A stretch of 64,000 bases of DNA from an uncultured Lachnospiraceae bacterium (GCA_948470905.1 CAOKQK010000001.1:38055-102054), one strand, 5' to 3'. Positions 8,875 through 19,598 are shown, counted from the first letter of the stretch. A program made the numbers and translations. The notes: generated from the sequence alone by a model not told the origin.

Positions 8875-10716
8875 CTATTGACTTCCGGCAAGATTGTGTC
8901 TCGCGGACAGGCTGTCATAATCAATGGTGCCCGCCTGCTGTTCCTGCTGTACATTGTAGACATGGGCGAAGCTTCCGCCCAGCGCCATCAGTTCTTCAAA
9001 GGTGCCTCTCTCGGTGATGGCGCCGTCCTTCATGTAGAGGATCTCGTCGCAGTCCACAACGGAGGAGAATCTGTGGGCGGTGATGATCACGGTCTTCTCC
9101 GGGAACTTGTCATGTATGTTTTGGAGCAGGATGCGTTCCGTGTTCACATCCAGTGCGCTGGTGGAATCATCCAGCACAAAGATGGGGGCGTTCTTGTGGA
9201 AAGCCCTGGCGATGGAAATACGCTGCTTCTGTCCGCCGGAGATGCCCAGTCCCCGCTCGCCCACGATGGTCTTGTAGCGGTCCGCCAGGGCGTCAATGAA
9301 CTTTGCTGCCTGGGCGTAGACCGCCGCCTTCGTCACCATGCGCTCGTCAATGTCCGGCCTGCTGTAGGCGATGTTGGACTCAATGGTGTTGGAGAACAGG
9401 AACACGTCCTGGAATACATAGGAATACATATTTCTCAGGTTTTCCAGGCTGAAATCCCTGATATTGTGCCCGTCGATGGTGATGGAGCCGCCTGTGATGT
9501 CCCGGATACGCACCAGGGTCTTCAGCAGGACGCTCTTGCCGGAGCCCGTCTCGCCTACGATCCCTAACTTTTTCCCATAAGGAATGCTCAGGTTAATATC
9601 CTTTAGGATCTGTTGCCCGTCAATCTCCAGGCTGACGTTCCTGAGCTCGATGCCGGGGGTGTCACAGTGGAGCTTGGAGCGCATGCTGTCCGGGACGCTG
9701 CTTTCCTTTTCCATGAACTTCTTTAACTCCACACCTGCTACCATCATCTGCTGCATATTGAAAATATGGCTGTTCAGGCCGGTGATATTGTGCATGATCC
9801 TCATGACATAAGTGGAGGAGGTCAAAATGTAACCCACTGTAATGTAGCCCTTGATCACCAGCACGGCGCCGATGACAATAGTGCCTATGTATGCAATCTG
9901 TTTGATCGCGTTGAAGGTCAGGTCAAAGTTGGACTGCAGCCAGACCTGCTTTAAGCGGGAATTCAGAAAGTTCGTGTTGGAGGCATGGAATTTCTCTTTT
10001 TCCAGCTTCTCATTTGTAAAGGAGCGCACAATGCGGACTGCTGCAATGTTTTCCTGGGTTGTCAGGTTCATTGCCGCACTGCGTTCCCGGATTTCCTTAA
10101 AGTTGGAGCGTGCCTGCGCCTTGAAGTTCAGCACTGTTCGGATCAGGAAGGGAGTGAGCAGCAGGGGGATCACCAAAAAGGACAGGTTGATCCTGGAGAT
10201 CAGGACCAGGGTGGTGATCAGCATGAAGATTGCATCGCCCAGGTAGGGGATCCTGTGTGCAAAAAGCTCCTTAAACATGATGGTGTCGTGGTTCAGGATC
10301 TGCAGCAGCTCGCCGGAGTTGTAGTCCGCGATGGTCTGGGAATCCAGTTCCATCAGCTTGCCGTAGGTATCGTAACGCAGCTCCGTCTCCAGCTTCAGCC
10401 CCACCCACTCCTGCATCAGGTCCCGGGCGTAGATCAATGCCACCCGCACCAACAGCAGTATGGTGTAAATGACGGCGATGGAGAAGAAAAGCCGCATGGT
10501 GTGGACTTCCCCGTATTTTCCGCTCAACAGGAAGCGGAACATGCCTCCGCTGTCGTCCTTCACTGTTTCCTGCTTGATGACAAAGTCGATCAGGATCCCG
10601 GTCAGTAAAGGCATCAGCAGCTCCGCAAAGATGCCCAGAAAGCTGAATATCTCCGCCAGGATTGCCATGGGCATGTTTTTCTTGAAATAGCGGAATCCGA
10701 ATTTTATCGTTTCCAT
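8875..10716 (-). CDS. ABC exporter, fused permease/ATPase (heterodimer half, degenerate Walker B)
   Basis: TM domain followed by GETGSGKS, ISGGQKQR and VLDDST (catalytic E replaced by D). Confidence 0.92.
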   Translation of the reverse strand: METIKFGFRYFKKNMPMAILAEIFSFLGIFAELLMPLLTGILIDFVIKQETVKDDSGGMFRFLLSGKYGEVHTMRLFFSIAVIYTILLLVRVALIYARDLMQEWVGLKLETELRYDTYGKLMELDSQTIADYNSGELLQILNHDTIMFKELFAHRIPYLGDAIFMLITTLVLISRINLSFLVIPLLLTPFLIRTVLNFKAQARSNFKEIRERSAAMNLTTQENIAAVRIVRSFTNEKLEKEKFHASNTNFLNSRLKQVWLQSNFDLTFNAIKQIAYIGTIVIGAVLVIKGYITVGYILTSSTYVMRIMHNITGLNSHIFNMQQMMVAGVELKKFMEKESSVPDSMRSKLHCDTPGIELRNVSLEIDGQQILKDINLSIPYGKKLGIVGETGSGKSVLLKTLVRIRDITGGSITIDGHNIRDFSLENLRNMYSYVFQDVFLFSNTIESNIAYSRPDIDERMVTKAAVYAQAAKFIDALADRYKTIVGERGLGISGGQKQRISIARAFHKNAPIFVLDDSTSALDVNTERILLQNIHDKFPEKTVIITAHRFSSVVDCDEILYMKDGAITERGTFEELMALGGSFAHVYNVQQEQQAGTIDYDSLSARHNLAGSQ

Positions 10717-10740
10717 ATGTATGTTCCTTTCTGTTCATGG

Positions 10741-10794
10741 GGGACTGCTCCTAAATCGGATATACAGCCGGGATGCTGACTTAGGAACAGTTCC
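10741..10794. repeat. Imperfect 17-bp inverted repeat upstream of the ABC operon
   Basis: gggactgctcctaaatc ... gacttaggaacagttcc. Confidence 0.55.
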
Positions 10795-11100
10795 TGAGTT
10801 TAAAATGACAGTTTAAGCTATATTATAAGCATCCTCGCGGGAGAGGGCAATCTGCAAAATATTGATATTTATCATATTTACAGGCTGTTTTTTATGACCT
10901 TTTTTTGTCTTGTTCTGCCGGTGTGCGCTGAGGTGCTGATTGCATGGCTATATATTAAAAAATATTAAAAAATTAATAAACAAATCTGATACAACTTTGC
11001 TTTATAATCTACACCATGATATGGATTAAAGGGGGAAATGCCACGGCCCCCGTTACAGTGAGGAGACGGGCGCTCTGAAAGAGACGACCTGTGAGGGGGT

Positions 11101-12084
11101 ATGGACATGAACATGGATACAAAAGATGCGGGACTTGAGGTGATCTCTGTAAGGAGGAATCCTTATCTGGCAGAATATGACAGGAATCGCGGCAGGAATC
11201 CGGGACGCGCCGTGTACCGGGAGGGAGGACAGGGCTCAAAGTACACACAGGCAGGTCGGAGGGCAAATCGGAGGGCGCCTGTGAGGCAGCGTCGTACAAG
11301 GGCGGTAAAGAGGAGGCAAAGGCTTCGGATAATGTGTGCTGCCCTTTTGTTTGGGGTCATTACGCTGACAGTCCTTGGAGTCGGCCTGTTGGTGCAGGAC
11401 CGCCGTGCGGCGGCTGCTTCCGGTATCGGCGAGGGTGCGGTGGGAAACGGCGTGGGAGCCGGTGGGGGTAATACCGCCGGGAACAATAAGGTCGGCGGGG
11501 GAAGCAGCTCCAGTGTGCCCCAGGGGACCACCGACATTATGGTGCAGGGGATTCCGGCGGAAATATTTGGAAAGCACCCGGAGTGGGAGGAGGATTTCCT
11601 GACGCCCAACGAATATTCCAGGCCCGGCGATGAGCTGAAGGAGGTGAAGAACATCTTTGTGCATTATACGGCGAATCCCGGTACCAGCGCGGCGCAGAAC
11701 CGGAGCTATTTTGAACGCCAGAAGGACGAGCACCTGGCCAGTGTCAGCTCACATTTTATCATCGGCTATGACGGGGAGATCATTCAGTGCGTTCCGCTCA
11801 CGGAGATTGCCTATGCGGTGCAGACACGGAATTTCGATTCTGTTTCCATAGAGTGCTGCTACAAGGCGAAGGATGGCTCCTTTACAAAGGAGACTTACCA
11901 ATCCCTGATCGCGCTGTTAGCGTGGCTGACAGAGGTGTACGATCTGGACACGGAGGACATCCTGCGGCATTATGACTGCGGGGGCAAGAAGTGCCCGCTC
12001 TATTACACGGATCATCCGGACAAGTGGAAGCAGCTGAAGGAGGATGTGAGTGTGCTGAAAGAAAATACGGGTGTAAAATTGTAG
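11101..12084 (+). CDS. Membrane-anchored N-acetylmuramoyl-L-alanine amidase (Amidase_2 type)
   Basis: Basic N-terminus, TM helix, Gly-rich linker, then FVHYTA, SSHFIIG, SIEC, RHYD and KKCP (His/His/Cys zinc ligands). Confidence 0.85.
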   Translation: MDMNMDTKDAGLEVISVRRNPYLAEYDRNRGRNPGRAVYREGGQGSKYTQAGRRANRRAPVRQRRTRAVKRRQRLRIMCAALLFGVITLTVLGVGLLVQDRRAAAASGIGEGAVGNGVGAGGGNTAGNNKVGGGSSSSVPQGTTDIMVQGIPAEIFGKHPEWEEDFLTPNEYSRPGDELKEVKNIFVHYTANPGTSAAQNRSYFERQKDEHLASVSSHFIIGYDGEIIQCVPLTEIAYAVQTRNFDSVSIECCYKAKDGSFTKETYQSLIALLAWLTEVYDLDTEDILRHYDCGGKKCPLYYTDHPDKWKQLKEDVSVLKENTGVKL

Positions 12085-12264
12085 ACAAGTGAAGAAATCT
12101 TTGCTAAAATGTAACTGTTTGGTCCACCGGGAAACGCGGGGGGTATTCGGCATGAAATGCAGGGCGGAAAAGAGCGTTTCAGGAACCTGATTTGGCAAGT
12201 CAGCGCGCGCGGGCAGGAAGGGGGCTTACCAGCCCTTTCAGGCGGCAGGCAGAGAGGATTACAG

Positions 12265-12924
12265 ATGAACATTTTAGCACCATCAATTTTGGCGGCGGAT
12301 TTTTGGAGGCTTGGAGAGCAGATCAAAGAAGCGGAAAACGCGGGGGCAAGGTATCTGCACATAGATGTGATGGACGGGCTTTTTGTGCCGTCCATTTCTT
12401 ATGGGATGCCGGTGATCGCGTCCCTGCGGAAATATACAGACATTTTTTTTGATGTACACCTGATGATTGAGAGGCCGGAGCGCTATGTGAAGGAATTTGC
12501 GGAGAGCGGGGCAGATCTGATCAATTTCCACATTGAGGCATCGGAGGATGTGGAGGGAACCATCCGGCGGATCAGGTCGCTGGGCAAAAAGGTCGGCATT
12601 ACCATCAAGCCCTCCACTTCCGCCAGGACGCTGGAACCGTACCTGAAGCAGGTGGACATGGTGCTGGTCATGACGGTGGAGCCGGGATTTGGCGGGCAGA
12701 AGCTGATGCTTCACTGCCTGGACAAGGTCAGGGAGGTCCGCGCCATGGCGCAGCAGAAAGGCCTGGATATGGACATTGAAGTGGATGGCGGCATACGTCT
12801 GGACAATGTGGCGCTTGCCCTGAAAGCGGGGGCGAACGTGATTGTTACGGGCTCTGCGGTATTTAATGGCAATATTGCGGAGAATGCAGGGAGATTTCTT
12901 GAGATTATGGAGGACAGCAGGTAA
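12265..12924 (+). CDS. rpe: Ribulose-phosphate 3-epimerase
   Basis: LAPSILAADF, HIDVMDG, DVHLMI, MTVEPGFGGQ and EVDGGI. Confidence 0.96.
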   Translation: MNILAPSILAADFWRLGEQIKEAENAGARYLHIDVMDGLFVPSISYGMPVIASLRKYTDIFFDVHLMIERPERYVKEFAESGADLINFHIEASEDVEGTIRRIRSLGKKVGITIKPSTSARTLEPYLKQVDMVLVMTVEPGFGGQKLMLHCLDKVREVRAMAQQKGLDMDIEVDGGIRLDNVALALKAGANVIVTGSAVFNGNIAENAGRFLEIMEDSR

Positions 12925-13196
12925 TATGCAGAGCCGCCCTGGCCGATATTTAATAATAGAAGAAGCGGAACAGATTAAATCCTCTGACTTTCGGTTTCGT
13001 CCCCGCAGGTAATGAGCCAGGCGCCATGCCTGTATGGGATAAAGTCATATTTCATGGCTTGGAGAATGCCACGAGGGCAACATACCATAGCGTCCTTTGG
13101 ACGCATTGCGCTCTGCAGGGTTGCAGGCTTGATGCTCTGTTGCCTGCAGCGGGGGTGTTGGCTTTGATCGTCTGTTGGAATAGGGGGGCGGCATAA

Positions 13197-13919
13197 ATGC
13201 AGTTAAATGAAATAGGCAGCAGGCATGGTTCAAATACGCATCATGTGACAAGCTGTATGCACGACCACAGCCATATTAATAAAGTTGGAAAAGTTGGGGC
13301 GGCGCCTTCCGGCGTCAGTGTACAGTCAGCGATGGCGGCGGAAAGCCAGGCTGATGCGCAGTTTTCCCTTGCCGAATGGCTGGATAAGACCCTGAACGGC
13401 GGGAGGAGGCTTTGGGGCCGCATCTGGGGCGACGCTGACGGGATCAATGATGCCGGAGGGGCAGCCGAGACGACCAGGGGATCCGGCAGTGAGGGCGGGG
13501 CGGAGCAGATTGCAGCCATTTTGCCGCAGGAGGATTCCGGGAGCGGCCAGCAGGTCCTGCACACGGCGCAGATTGCTGCGGCGGCTACAGCGGTGCGGCA
13601 GCCTCAGGAAATACACAGCACGCATCATTTTTCCCCGGGGAAGAAGCCAGGTGAAAGACAGGGGAATCTGCGGCGGATGCGGGCTAAGCTTGAGAGTATG
13701 GCGGAACAGCTTGCAGGGCGATCTTCCAGGAAGCCAGTCAGTGCCCGGACCGGGAAGCTGTCCCAGGTCAGACAGGAACGTCCGAAAGAGGAGCTGCCCA
13801 GGCAGGGGAAGCCCAGCCGGGATGAGCTGGTGCTGAACTGTGTGCAGTCAGACGACAGCTACCTGTTGGATTCCTATGACAGGAAGGGAGAGTACCGCAG
13901 GATTTCCGCCGGAAAATAG
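13197..13919 (+). CDS. Hypothetical protein (His-rich N-terminus, largely disordered)
   Basis: 240-aa ORF with a G-rich RBS; HHVTSCMHDHSH near the start and DSYLLDSYDRKGEY at the end. Confidence 0.7.
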   Translation: MQLNEIGSRHGSNTHHVTSCMHDHSHINKVGKVGAAPSGVSVQSAMAAESQADAQFSLAEWLDKTLNGGRRLWGRIWGDADGINDAGGAAETTRGSGSEGGAEQIAAILPQEDSGSGQQVLHTAQIAAAATAVRQPQEIHSTHHFSPGKKPGERQGNLRRMRAKLESMAEQLAGRSSRKPVSARTGKLSQVRQERPKEELPRQGKPSRDELVLNCVQSDDSYLLDSYDRKGEYRRISAGK

Positions 13920-13925
13920 AAGGTC

Positions 13926-13955
13926 TTGACAGCCAGCCGTGTTTTATGATATTCT
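13926..13955 (+). promoter_or_regulatory. Sigma-A promoter of the metG leader
   Basis: TTGACA at 13926 and extended -10 TGaTATTCT, 18-nt spacer. Confidence 0.65.
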
Positions 13956-13974
13956 TTCCTCAGATGTTTGGCAT

Positions 13975-14273
13975 ACAATGAAAAGCATTGATGGAGAGAG
14001 TACGCTTACACTCTGCCGTACAGAGATCGTTCCGCAGGATATCCTGCATAAGCTGAGAGGAACGGGGCAAGAATAAGTGGAAGATGGCTCCTGAGCGGCG
14101 CACCGAGTCCGGCGGACGGATAAGGCTGCGACAGGTTCCGCCTGTTACAGCGGATAGGGTTGGCAATCGACCCGACGAGGCCTGTTTCGCGAGGGGCAGG
14201 CGAAGAGAAGTGGTATCACGGGCGCAGGCTCGTCTTCTGGTGCATGAAGGTGCAGCGGGGGGCGGGCCTTTTT
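13975..14273 (+). promoter_or_regulatory. T-box riboswitch with Met specifier and terminator
   Basis: Stem I with AGAGA/GCTGAGA loops, specifier gaagATGg at 14084, T-box agaagTGGTATCacgg at ~14206-14221, and a GC-rich hairpin plus T run ending ~14273, all upstream of metG. Confidence 0.9.
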
Positions 14274-14442
14274 GATGTACAGGGCAGCGTGCCGAAAAAG
14301 AGCTTTTTGGCGTGATTGTGTGTGCGGCTGTGGCACAGGGCAGCGTGCCGCGCGTCGGGAGAAGGGCGCCTCGGATTGGCGGCAGTTCAGTGGGGGTGCT
14401 GAACTGTGGCTCGGATTAATCAACAGAGAGGAGAAGAAAGCA

Positions 14443-16527
14443 ATGGAGAACAGGGAAAAGTATTACATTACAACAGCAATTGCCTACACATCAGGCAAGC
14501 CCCATATAGGCAATAATTACGAGATTGTGATGGCAGACAGCATTGCCAGGTTCCAGAGGAAGAAAGGCTATGAAGTCTTTTTCCAGACCGGCACTGACGA
14601 GCATGGACAGAAGATCGAGCTGAAGGCCCAGGAGGCGGGAGTTACGCCCAGGGAATTTGTGGACAATGTAGCGGGGATTATCCGCGGTATGTGCGACAGG
14701 CTGAATGTGTCCTATGACAAGTTTATCAGGACTACGGATGCGGACCATGAGAGACAGGTCCAGAAGATTTTCAGGCGTCTGTATGACCAGGGAGATATTT
14801 ACAAGGGAGCCTATGAGGGGATGTATTGTACGCCCTGCGAGTCCTTCTGGACGGAGAGCCAGCTGGTGGACGGCAAGTGCCCTGACTGCGGCAGGGAGGT
14901 AAAGCCGGCGAGGGAGGAAGCTTATTTCTTCCGCATGAGCAAGTACGCAGACAGGCTGATCCGGCATATCAACGAGCATCCGGAATTTATCCAGCCCGTG
15001 TCCCGGAAAAACGAGATGATGAATAATTTCCTGCTTCCGGGACTGCAGGATCTGTGTGTGTCCAGAACTTCTTTCAAGTGGGGGATCCCTGTGGATTTTG
15101 ATGAGGGACATGTGGTCTATGTCTGGCTGGATGCGCTGACCAACTATATCACCGGGATTGGCTATGATGCGGAAGGAAACTGCACGGAACAGTACAAAAA
15201 GCTCTGGCCTGCGGATCTGCATTTGATAGGAAAGGATATCGTGCGTTTTCACACCATATACTGGCCTATTTTCCTGATGGCGCTGGGTGAGCCGCTGCCC
15301 AGGCAGGTGTTTGGGCACCCATGGCTTTTGATGAGCGGCGGCAAGATGAGCAAATCCAAGGGTAATGTTCTCTATGTGGATGACCTTGTAGACTTTTTTG
15401 GCGTTGACGCGGTTCGCTATTACCTGCTTCATGAGATGCCCTATGATAATGACGGGAATGTGACCTGGGAATTGATCGCAGAAAGGCTGAACTCTGACCT
15501 GGCGAACACTCTGGGCAATCTTGTGAACCGGACAATCTCCATGAGCAATAAATATTTTGGAGGCGTTGTGGCGGATAAGGGAGTCTCGGAGGGGGCGGAC
15601 GCGGTCATTGACGGGGATCTGAAATCTGTGGTGACGGGCGCCTATGGGAAAGTCGTGGATAAGATGGAAAGCCTCCGGATTGCGGACGCGCTGACAGAAA
15701 TTTTTGCCGTTTTCAAGCGCTGCAATAAATATATAGACGAGACAGAGCCCTGGATCCTGGCGAAGGATGAGGCAAAGGCGGACCGCCTTTCCACAGTGCT
15801 CTACAACCTGGTGGAGGGCATTGTAGCGGGGGCGTCCCTTCTGGAGCCTTTCATGCCCGAGACTGCGGCAAAGATCGCGGCGCAGCTGAACACCTCCCTG
15901 CGGGATTTTGGCCAGCTGAAAGAGGGAAAATTCGGGCTTTATCCCAATGGCAATAAAGTGACAGATGTGCCGGAAATTCTTTTTGCCCGTCTGGATATGA
16001 AGGATGTGGTAAAAAGGGAGGAAGAAGTCGCCCAGGCGATGATCGCGGAAGCGGCGAAAAAAACGGCTGCAGAAAATGGGAAAAATGTTGAAAATACAGG
16101 CAAAACGGCAGATGGGAAAGCAGGCTCGGGAAAAGAAGCGACAGGGGCTTACAGCGCAGAAAATGGAAGTGACAATAGTGTCATTGACATGGAACAGAAG
16201 CCTGAGATCACCTATGATGACTTTGCGAAGCTGCAGTTTCAGGTTGGGGAGATCATTGCCTGCGAAGCGGTTCCCAAATCGAAGAAGCTGCTCTGCAGCC
16301 AGGTCCGGATTGGCAGCCGGGTAAAGCAGATCGTGTCCGGCATCAAGGCGTATTACTCGCCGGAGGAGATGGTGGGCAAGAAAGTGATGGTGCTGGTGAA
16401 CCTGAAGCCGGCGACCCTTGCGGGAGTGGTTTCTGAAGGGATGCTTCTCTGTGCGGAGGACGCAGAAGGGCGGCTTGCCCTGGTCAGCCCGGAGAAGGAT
16501 ATGCCGGCGGGAGCGGAAATCTGCTGA
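14443..16527 (+). CDS. metG: Methionine--tRNA ligase with C-terminal tRNA-binding domain
   Basis: YITTAIAY, HIGN, GTDEHG, zinc knuckle CTPCE...CPDC, KMSKS and a C-terminal OB/EMAP domain; RBS gaggag. Confidence 0.97.
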   Translation: MENREKYYITTAIAYTSGKPHIGNNYEIVMADSIARFQRKKGYEVFFQTGTDEHGQKIELKAQEAGVTPREFVDNVAGIIRGMCDRLNVSYDKFIRTTDADHERQVQKIFRRLYDQGDIYKGAYEGMYCTPCESFWTESQLVDGKCPDCGREVKPAREEAYFFRMSKYADRLIRHINEHPEFIQPVSRKNEMMNNFLLPGLQDLCVSRTSFKWGIPVDFDEGHVVYVWLDALTNYITGIGYDAEGNCTEQYKKLWPADLHLIGKDIVRFHTIYWPIFLMALGEPLPRQVFGHPWLLMSGGKMSKSKGNVLYVDDLVDFFGVDAVRYYLLHEMPYDNDGNVTWELIAERLNSDLANTLGNLVNRTISMSNKYFGGVVADKGVSEGADAVIDGDLKSVVTGAYGKVVDKMESLRIADALTEIFAVFKRCNKYIDETEPWILAKDEAKADRLSTVLYNLVEGIVAGASLLEPFMPETAAKIAAQLNTSLRDFGQLKEGKFGLYPNGNKVTDVPEILFARLDMKDVVKREEEVAQAMIAEAAKKTAAENGKNVENTGKTADGKAGSGKEATGAYSAENGSDNSVIDMEQKPEITYDDFAKLQFQVGEIIACEAVPKSKKLLCSQVRIGSRVKQIVSGIKAYYSPEEMVGKKVMVLVNLKPATLAGVVSEGMLLCAEDAEGRLALVSPEKDMPAGAEIC

Positions 16528-16543
16528 TAAAGGGGTATGATAG

Positions 16544-17500
16544 ATGACAAAGAAAGAGTTTTATTTTGATTCCCGGAGCGGGGAAGACAGGATCCACGCA
16601 GTCAGGTGGATGCCTGATTCCCCGAAGGAAGTGGCCTGCGTGGTGCAGGTCGTGCATGGGATGGCGGAATACGCGGAGCGTTATGAAGAATTCGCGCAGT
16701 TTATGACTGACAGGGGGATTGTCGTGACCGGTGAGGATCATCTGGGGCATGGCAGGTCCGTGGGAGAGAAGGGCACTTACGGGTATTTCTGCGAACAGGA
16801 TCCCGCCACGGTGCTTGTCCGCGATGTCCACAGGCTCAAAAAGATGACCCAGGAGCTCTATCCCAATGTGCCTTATGTCATTTTAGGGCACAGCATGGGC
16901 TCTTTTATCACCAGAAACTATATGTGCCGCTATGGAACGGGCATTGCGGCAGCGGTGGTCATGGGCACGGGGATGCAGTCTATGGCGGCGCTGAGGCTTT
17001 CCCAGGCTGTTATAGGGATCCAGAAGGTTTTCTGCGGTTCTCGCCATGTGAGCAGGCTGATCAATAAGCTTGCCTTCGGCGGCTACAATAAGCGGATCGC
17101 GGACGCCAGGACTTCCGCTGACTGGCTGAGCCGGGACCCGGAGCGGGTGGACAGGTATTTGGCTGATCCCATGTGCGGTTTTGTCTTTACAGTCAATGGC
17201 TTCCGCGCCTTGTTTGAACTGATTTCAAGACTGCACAGACGGGAGAATCTGGAAAGGATCCCCAAAGACCTGCCGGTCTACATGGTGTCGGGAACAGGGG
17301 ATCCGGTGGGCGGTTACGGCAGGGGAGTGCAGAAGGCGTATGATTCCCTTAAGGGAGCAGGTATGAAAAATATAGAGCTAAAGCTGTACGAGGGCGGCAG
17401 GCATGAGCTGTTGAACGAGACGAACCGGGCCCAGGTCATGGAAGGTATTTACGAATGGCTTAACAGGGCTGTTTTGAAGCAGGCGGGGCATCAGGGGTGA
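16544..17500 (+). CDS. Alpha/beta hydrolase (lysophospholipase-like)
   Basis: HGMAE, DHLGHG, nucleophile GHSMG, D-P-V and RHELLNE. Confidence 0.88.
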   Translation: MTKKEFYFDSRSGEDRIHAVRWMPDSPKEVACVVQVVHGMAEYAERYEEFAQFMTDRGIVVTGEDHLGHGRSVGEKGTYGYFCEQDPATVLVRDVHRLKKMTQELYPNVPYVILGHSMGSFITRNYMCRYGTGIAAAVVMGTGMQSMAALRLSQAVIGIQKVFCGSRHVSRLINKLAFGGYNKRIADARTSADWLSRDPERVDRYLADPMCGFVFTVNGFRALFELISRLHRRENLERIPKDLPVYMVSGTGDPVGGYGRGVQKAYDSLKGAGMKNIELKLYEGGRHELLNETNRAQVMEGIYEWLNRAVLKQAGHQG

Positions 17501-17985
17501 TGGATATAAGACCGACAGGGACTTTTTATGAGATAAGGTGGGCGCATGAAAATGAATGGTCGCCTACAATGCGGATGATATGGAAAACTTTTTTGAAGTA
17601 TGAGGGAAATGATTACACGCAGGAGGGTATCAGGAACTTTTTTGACTTCATAACGGATGACGGCCTGTATGAATCTTTTTTGAAGGGAGAGTATCAGATG
17701 ATGGTGGCGCTGGTGGGCGGGGAGGTCATCGGCGCGGGCTCGATCCGCAGCAGGAATCATCTGTCGCTGCTGTTTGTGGATGAGCGGTTTCACCGCATGG
17801 GAGTGGGCAGTGCCATTCTGGGGAGGCTGTGCGATTATCTGAAGACGGAGGCAGGGGAGCGGCGCATGTCCCTGCAGGCATCGCCTTATGCGGTGGACTT
17901 TTACAGGAAGCAGGGATTTCGCCAGATGAAGCCGGAAATGGAATATTCCGGAATCCGTGTGACAGCTATGGAAAAATCCTTTTAG
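17497..17985 (+). CDS. GNAT N-acetyltransferase
   Basis: LFVDERFHRMGVGSA and AVDFYRKQGF. Confidence 0.88.
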   Translation: MMDIRPTGTFYEIRWAHENEWSPTMRMIWKTFLKYEGNDYTQEGIRNFFDFITDDGLYESFLKGEYQMMVALVGGEVIGAGSIRSRNHLSLLFVDERFHRMGVGSAILGRLCDYLKTEAGERRMSLQASPYAVDFYRKQGFRQMKPEMEYSGIRVTAMEKSF

Positions 17986-18234
17986 GGCATAATGTATCCG
18001 TGTGCCTTGTACATTATGCCGAAGAAGCTCAGGGGATTTTGGGCAAAGTGACGGGCATTAAGGGAAAACGCAAGGTTTATAAGCAATTTTTACAATATGG
18101 TGAAAAATCTTTGTGTAATAGTGGTATGGTGAAATTCAGAGTTTTCCGTTATACTATACATAACTTATATAGCGTCTGTACGCTGATAAAACTAAAGAAT
18201 GAATCTTATGTGAACGCGAAAGGAGTTTACAAGC

Positions 18235-19350
18235 ATGGCAAGTTTATCATTAAAGAATATCTGCAAGGTATATCCCAACGGTTTCGAGGCTGTTAAAGAT
18301 TTCAACCTGGAGATTGCAGATCAGGAGTTCATTATTTTCGTAGGACCTTCCGGATGTGGTAAATCTACTACTCTCCGTATGATCGCGGGTCTGGAGGATA
18401 TTTCTTCCGGTGAGCTGAAGATCGGAGACAAGGTAGTAAATGACGTGGAGCCCAAGGACCGCGATATTGCGATGGTATTCCAGAACTACGCTCTGTATCC
18501 TCATATGTCCGTGTATGATAATATGGCATTCGGTCTGAAGCTGAGAAAGGTTCCCAAGGATCAGATTGATAAGATGGTTAAGGAAGCTGCTAAGATCCTG
18601 GATCTGACGCCCCTCCTTGACAGAAAGCCCAAGGCTCTGTCCGGTGGTCAGAGACAGCGTGTTGCCATGGGGCGTGCTATTGTCCGTAATCCCAAGGTGT
18701 TCCTGATGGATGAGCCTCTTTCCAACCTGGATGCAAAGCTGCGTGTACAGATGCGTATTGAGATCGCAAAGCTTCACCAGAGACTGGGGACCACTATCAT
18801 CTACGTTACCCATGACCAGACAGAGGCTATGACCCTTGGTACCAGAATTGTTGTTATGAAGGACGGCGTTATCCAGCAGGTAGATACCCCTCAGAATCTG
18901 TATGAGAAGCCCAGCAACCTGTTTGTTGCCGGATTCATGGGATCTCCTCAGATGAACTTCCTTGATGCAACTGTCAAGGTGACAGGCGATGTTGCAAGCC
19001 TTGAGATTGCAGGTCACAGCATTCCGCTGTCTCCCGCAAAATCCAAGAAGCTCATTGATGGGAAGTATGACGGGAAGGTGGTTACTTTTGGTATTCGTCC
19101 CGAGGATGTATATGATTCCGGAAAGTACCTGGAGTCCGCTCCCAAGGGAAGCGTATTTGAGTCTACTGTAAGAGTATACGAGCTGCTTGGTGCGGAAGTT
19201 TATCTGTACTTTGATCTGGATGAGTTCCCTATCACCGCAAGAGTTGATTCTCGTACAACTGCAAGGCCCGGCGACAACATCAAGTTTGCATTTGACCTCG
19301 AGAAGATTCATGTATTTGATAAGGAAACAGAGACAATTATTACCAACTAA
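18235..19350 (+). CDS. msmX: Multiple-sugar ABC transporter ATPase (MsmX/MalK/UgpC type)
   Basis: GPSGCGKST, VFQNYALYPH, LSGGQRQR, DEPLSNLD and a C-terminal TOBE domain. Confidence 0.93.
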   Translation: MASLSLKNICKVYPNGFEAVKDFNLEIADQEFIIFVGPSGCGKSTTLRMIAGLEDISSGELKIGDKVVNDVEPKDRDIAMVFQNYALYPHMSVYDNMAFGLKLRKVPKDQIDKMVKEAAKILDLTPLLDRKPKALSGGQRQRVAMGRAIVRNPKVFLMDEPLSNLDAKLRVQMRIEIAKLHQRLGTTIIYVTHDQTEAMTLGTRIVVMKDGVIQQVDTPQNLYEKPSNLFVAGFMGSPQMNFLDATVKVTGDVASLEIAGHSIPLSPAKSKKLIDGKYDGKVVTFGIRPEDVYDSGKYLESAPKGSVFESTVRVYELLGAEVYLYFDLDEFPITARVDSRTTARPGDNIKFAFDLEKIHVFDKETETIITN

Positions 19351-19379
19351 TGTGAAAAGCGAAAGAGCTTGAGTGGTTT

Positions 19380-19423
19380 AAGGGTGAGAAAAGTGCCAGG
19401 AAAAAGGTATTTTCTCACCCTTT
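19380..19423 (+). terminator. Terminator hairpin after msmX
   Basis: aagggtgagaaaa ... ttttctcaccctt. Confidence 0.75.
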
Positions 19424-19598
19424 ATGTATTACGGCGCTGCTGGCTGGAGCTGCTGATGCGCGGTAACGGTGCAGTGGTCCTGGCGGCATCCGCCAAGCCA
19501 TAGAATATGGTTTTATGCTCGGGCAAGCACGGCACTTGGCTCATTGCCCGCGGGAATAAAATGATATCAATGAATAGAAACAAAGGGGAGATTGCACA

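Noticed and set aside
6738-10608. Long plus-strand ORFs (620, 270 and 207 aa)
   Set aside because: Antisense shadows of the ABC exporter genes, with no recognisable motifs.
11025-11100. c-di-AMP or c-di-GMP riboswitch upstream of the amidase
   Set aside because: Hairpins are possible but the conserved ydaO and GEMM core motifs are absent.
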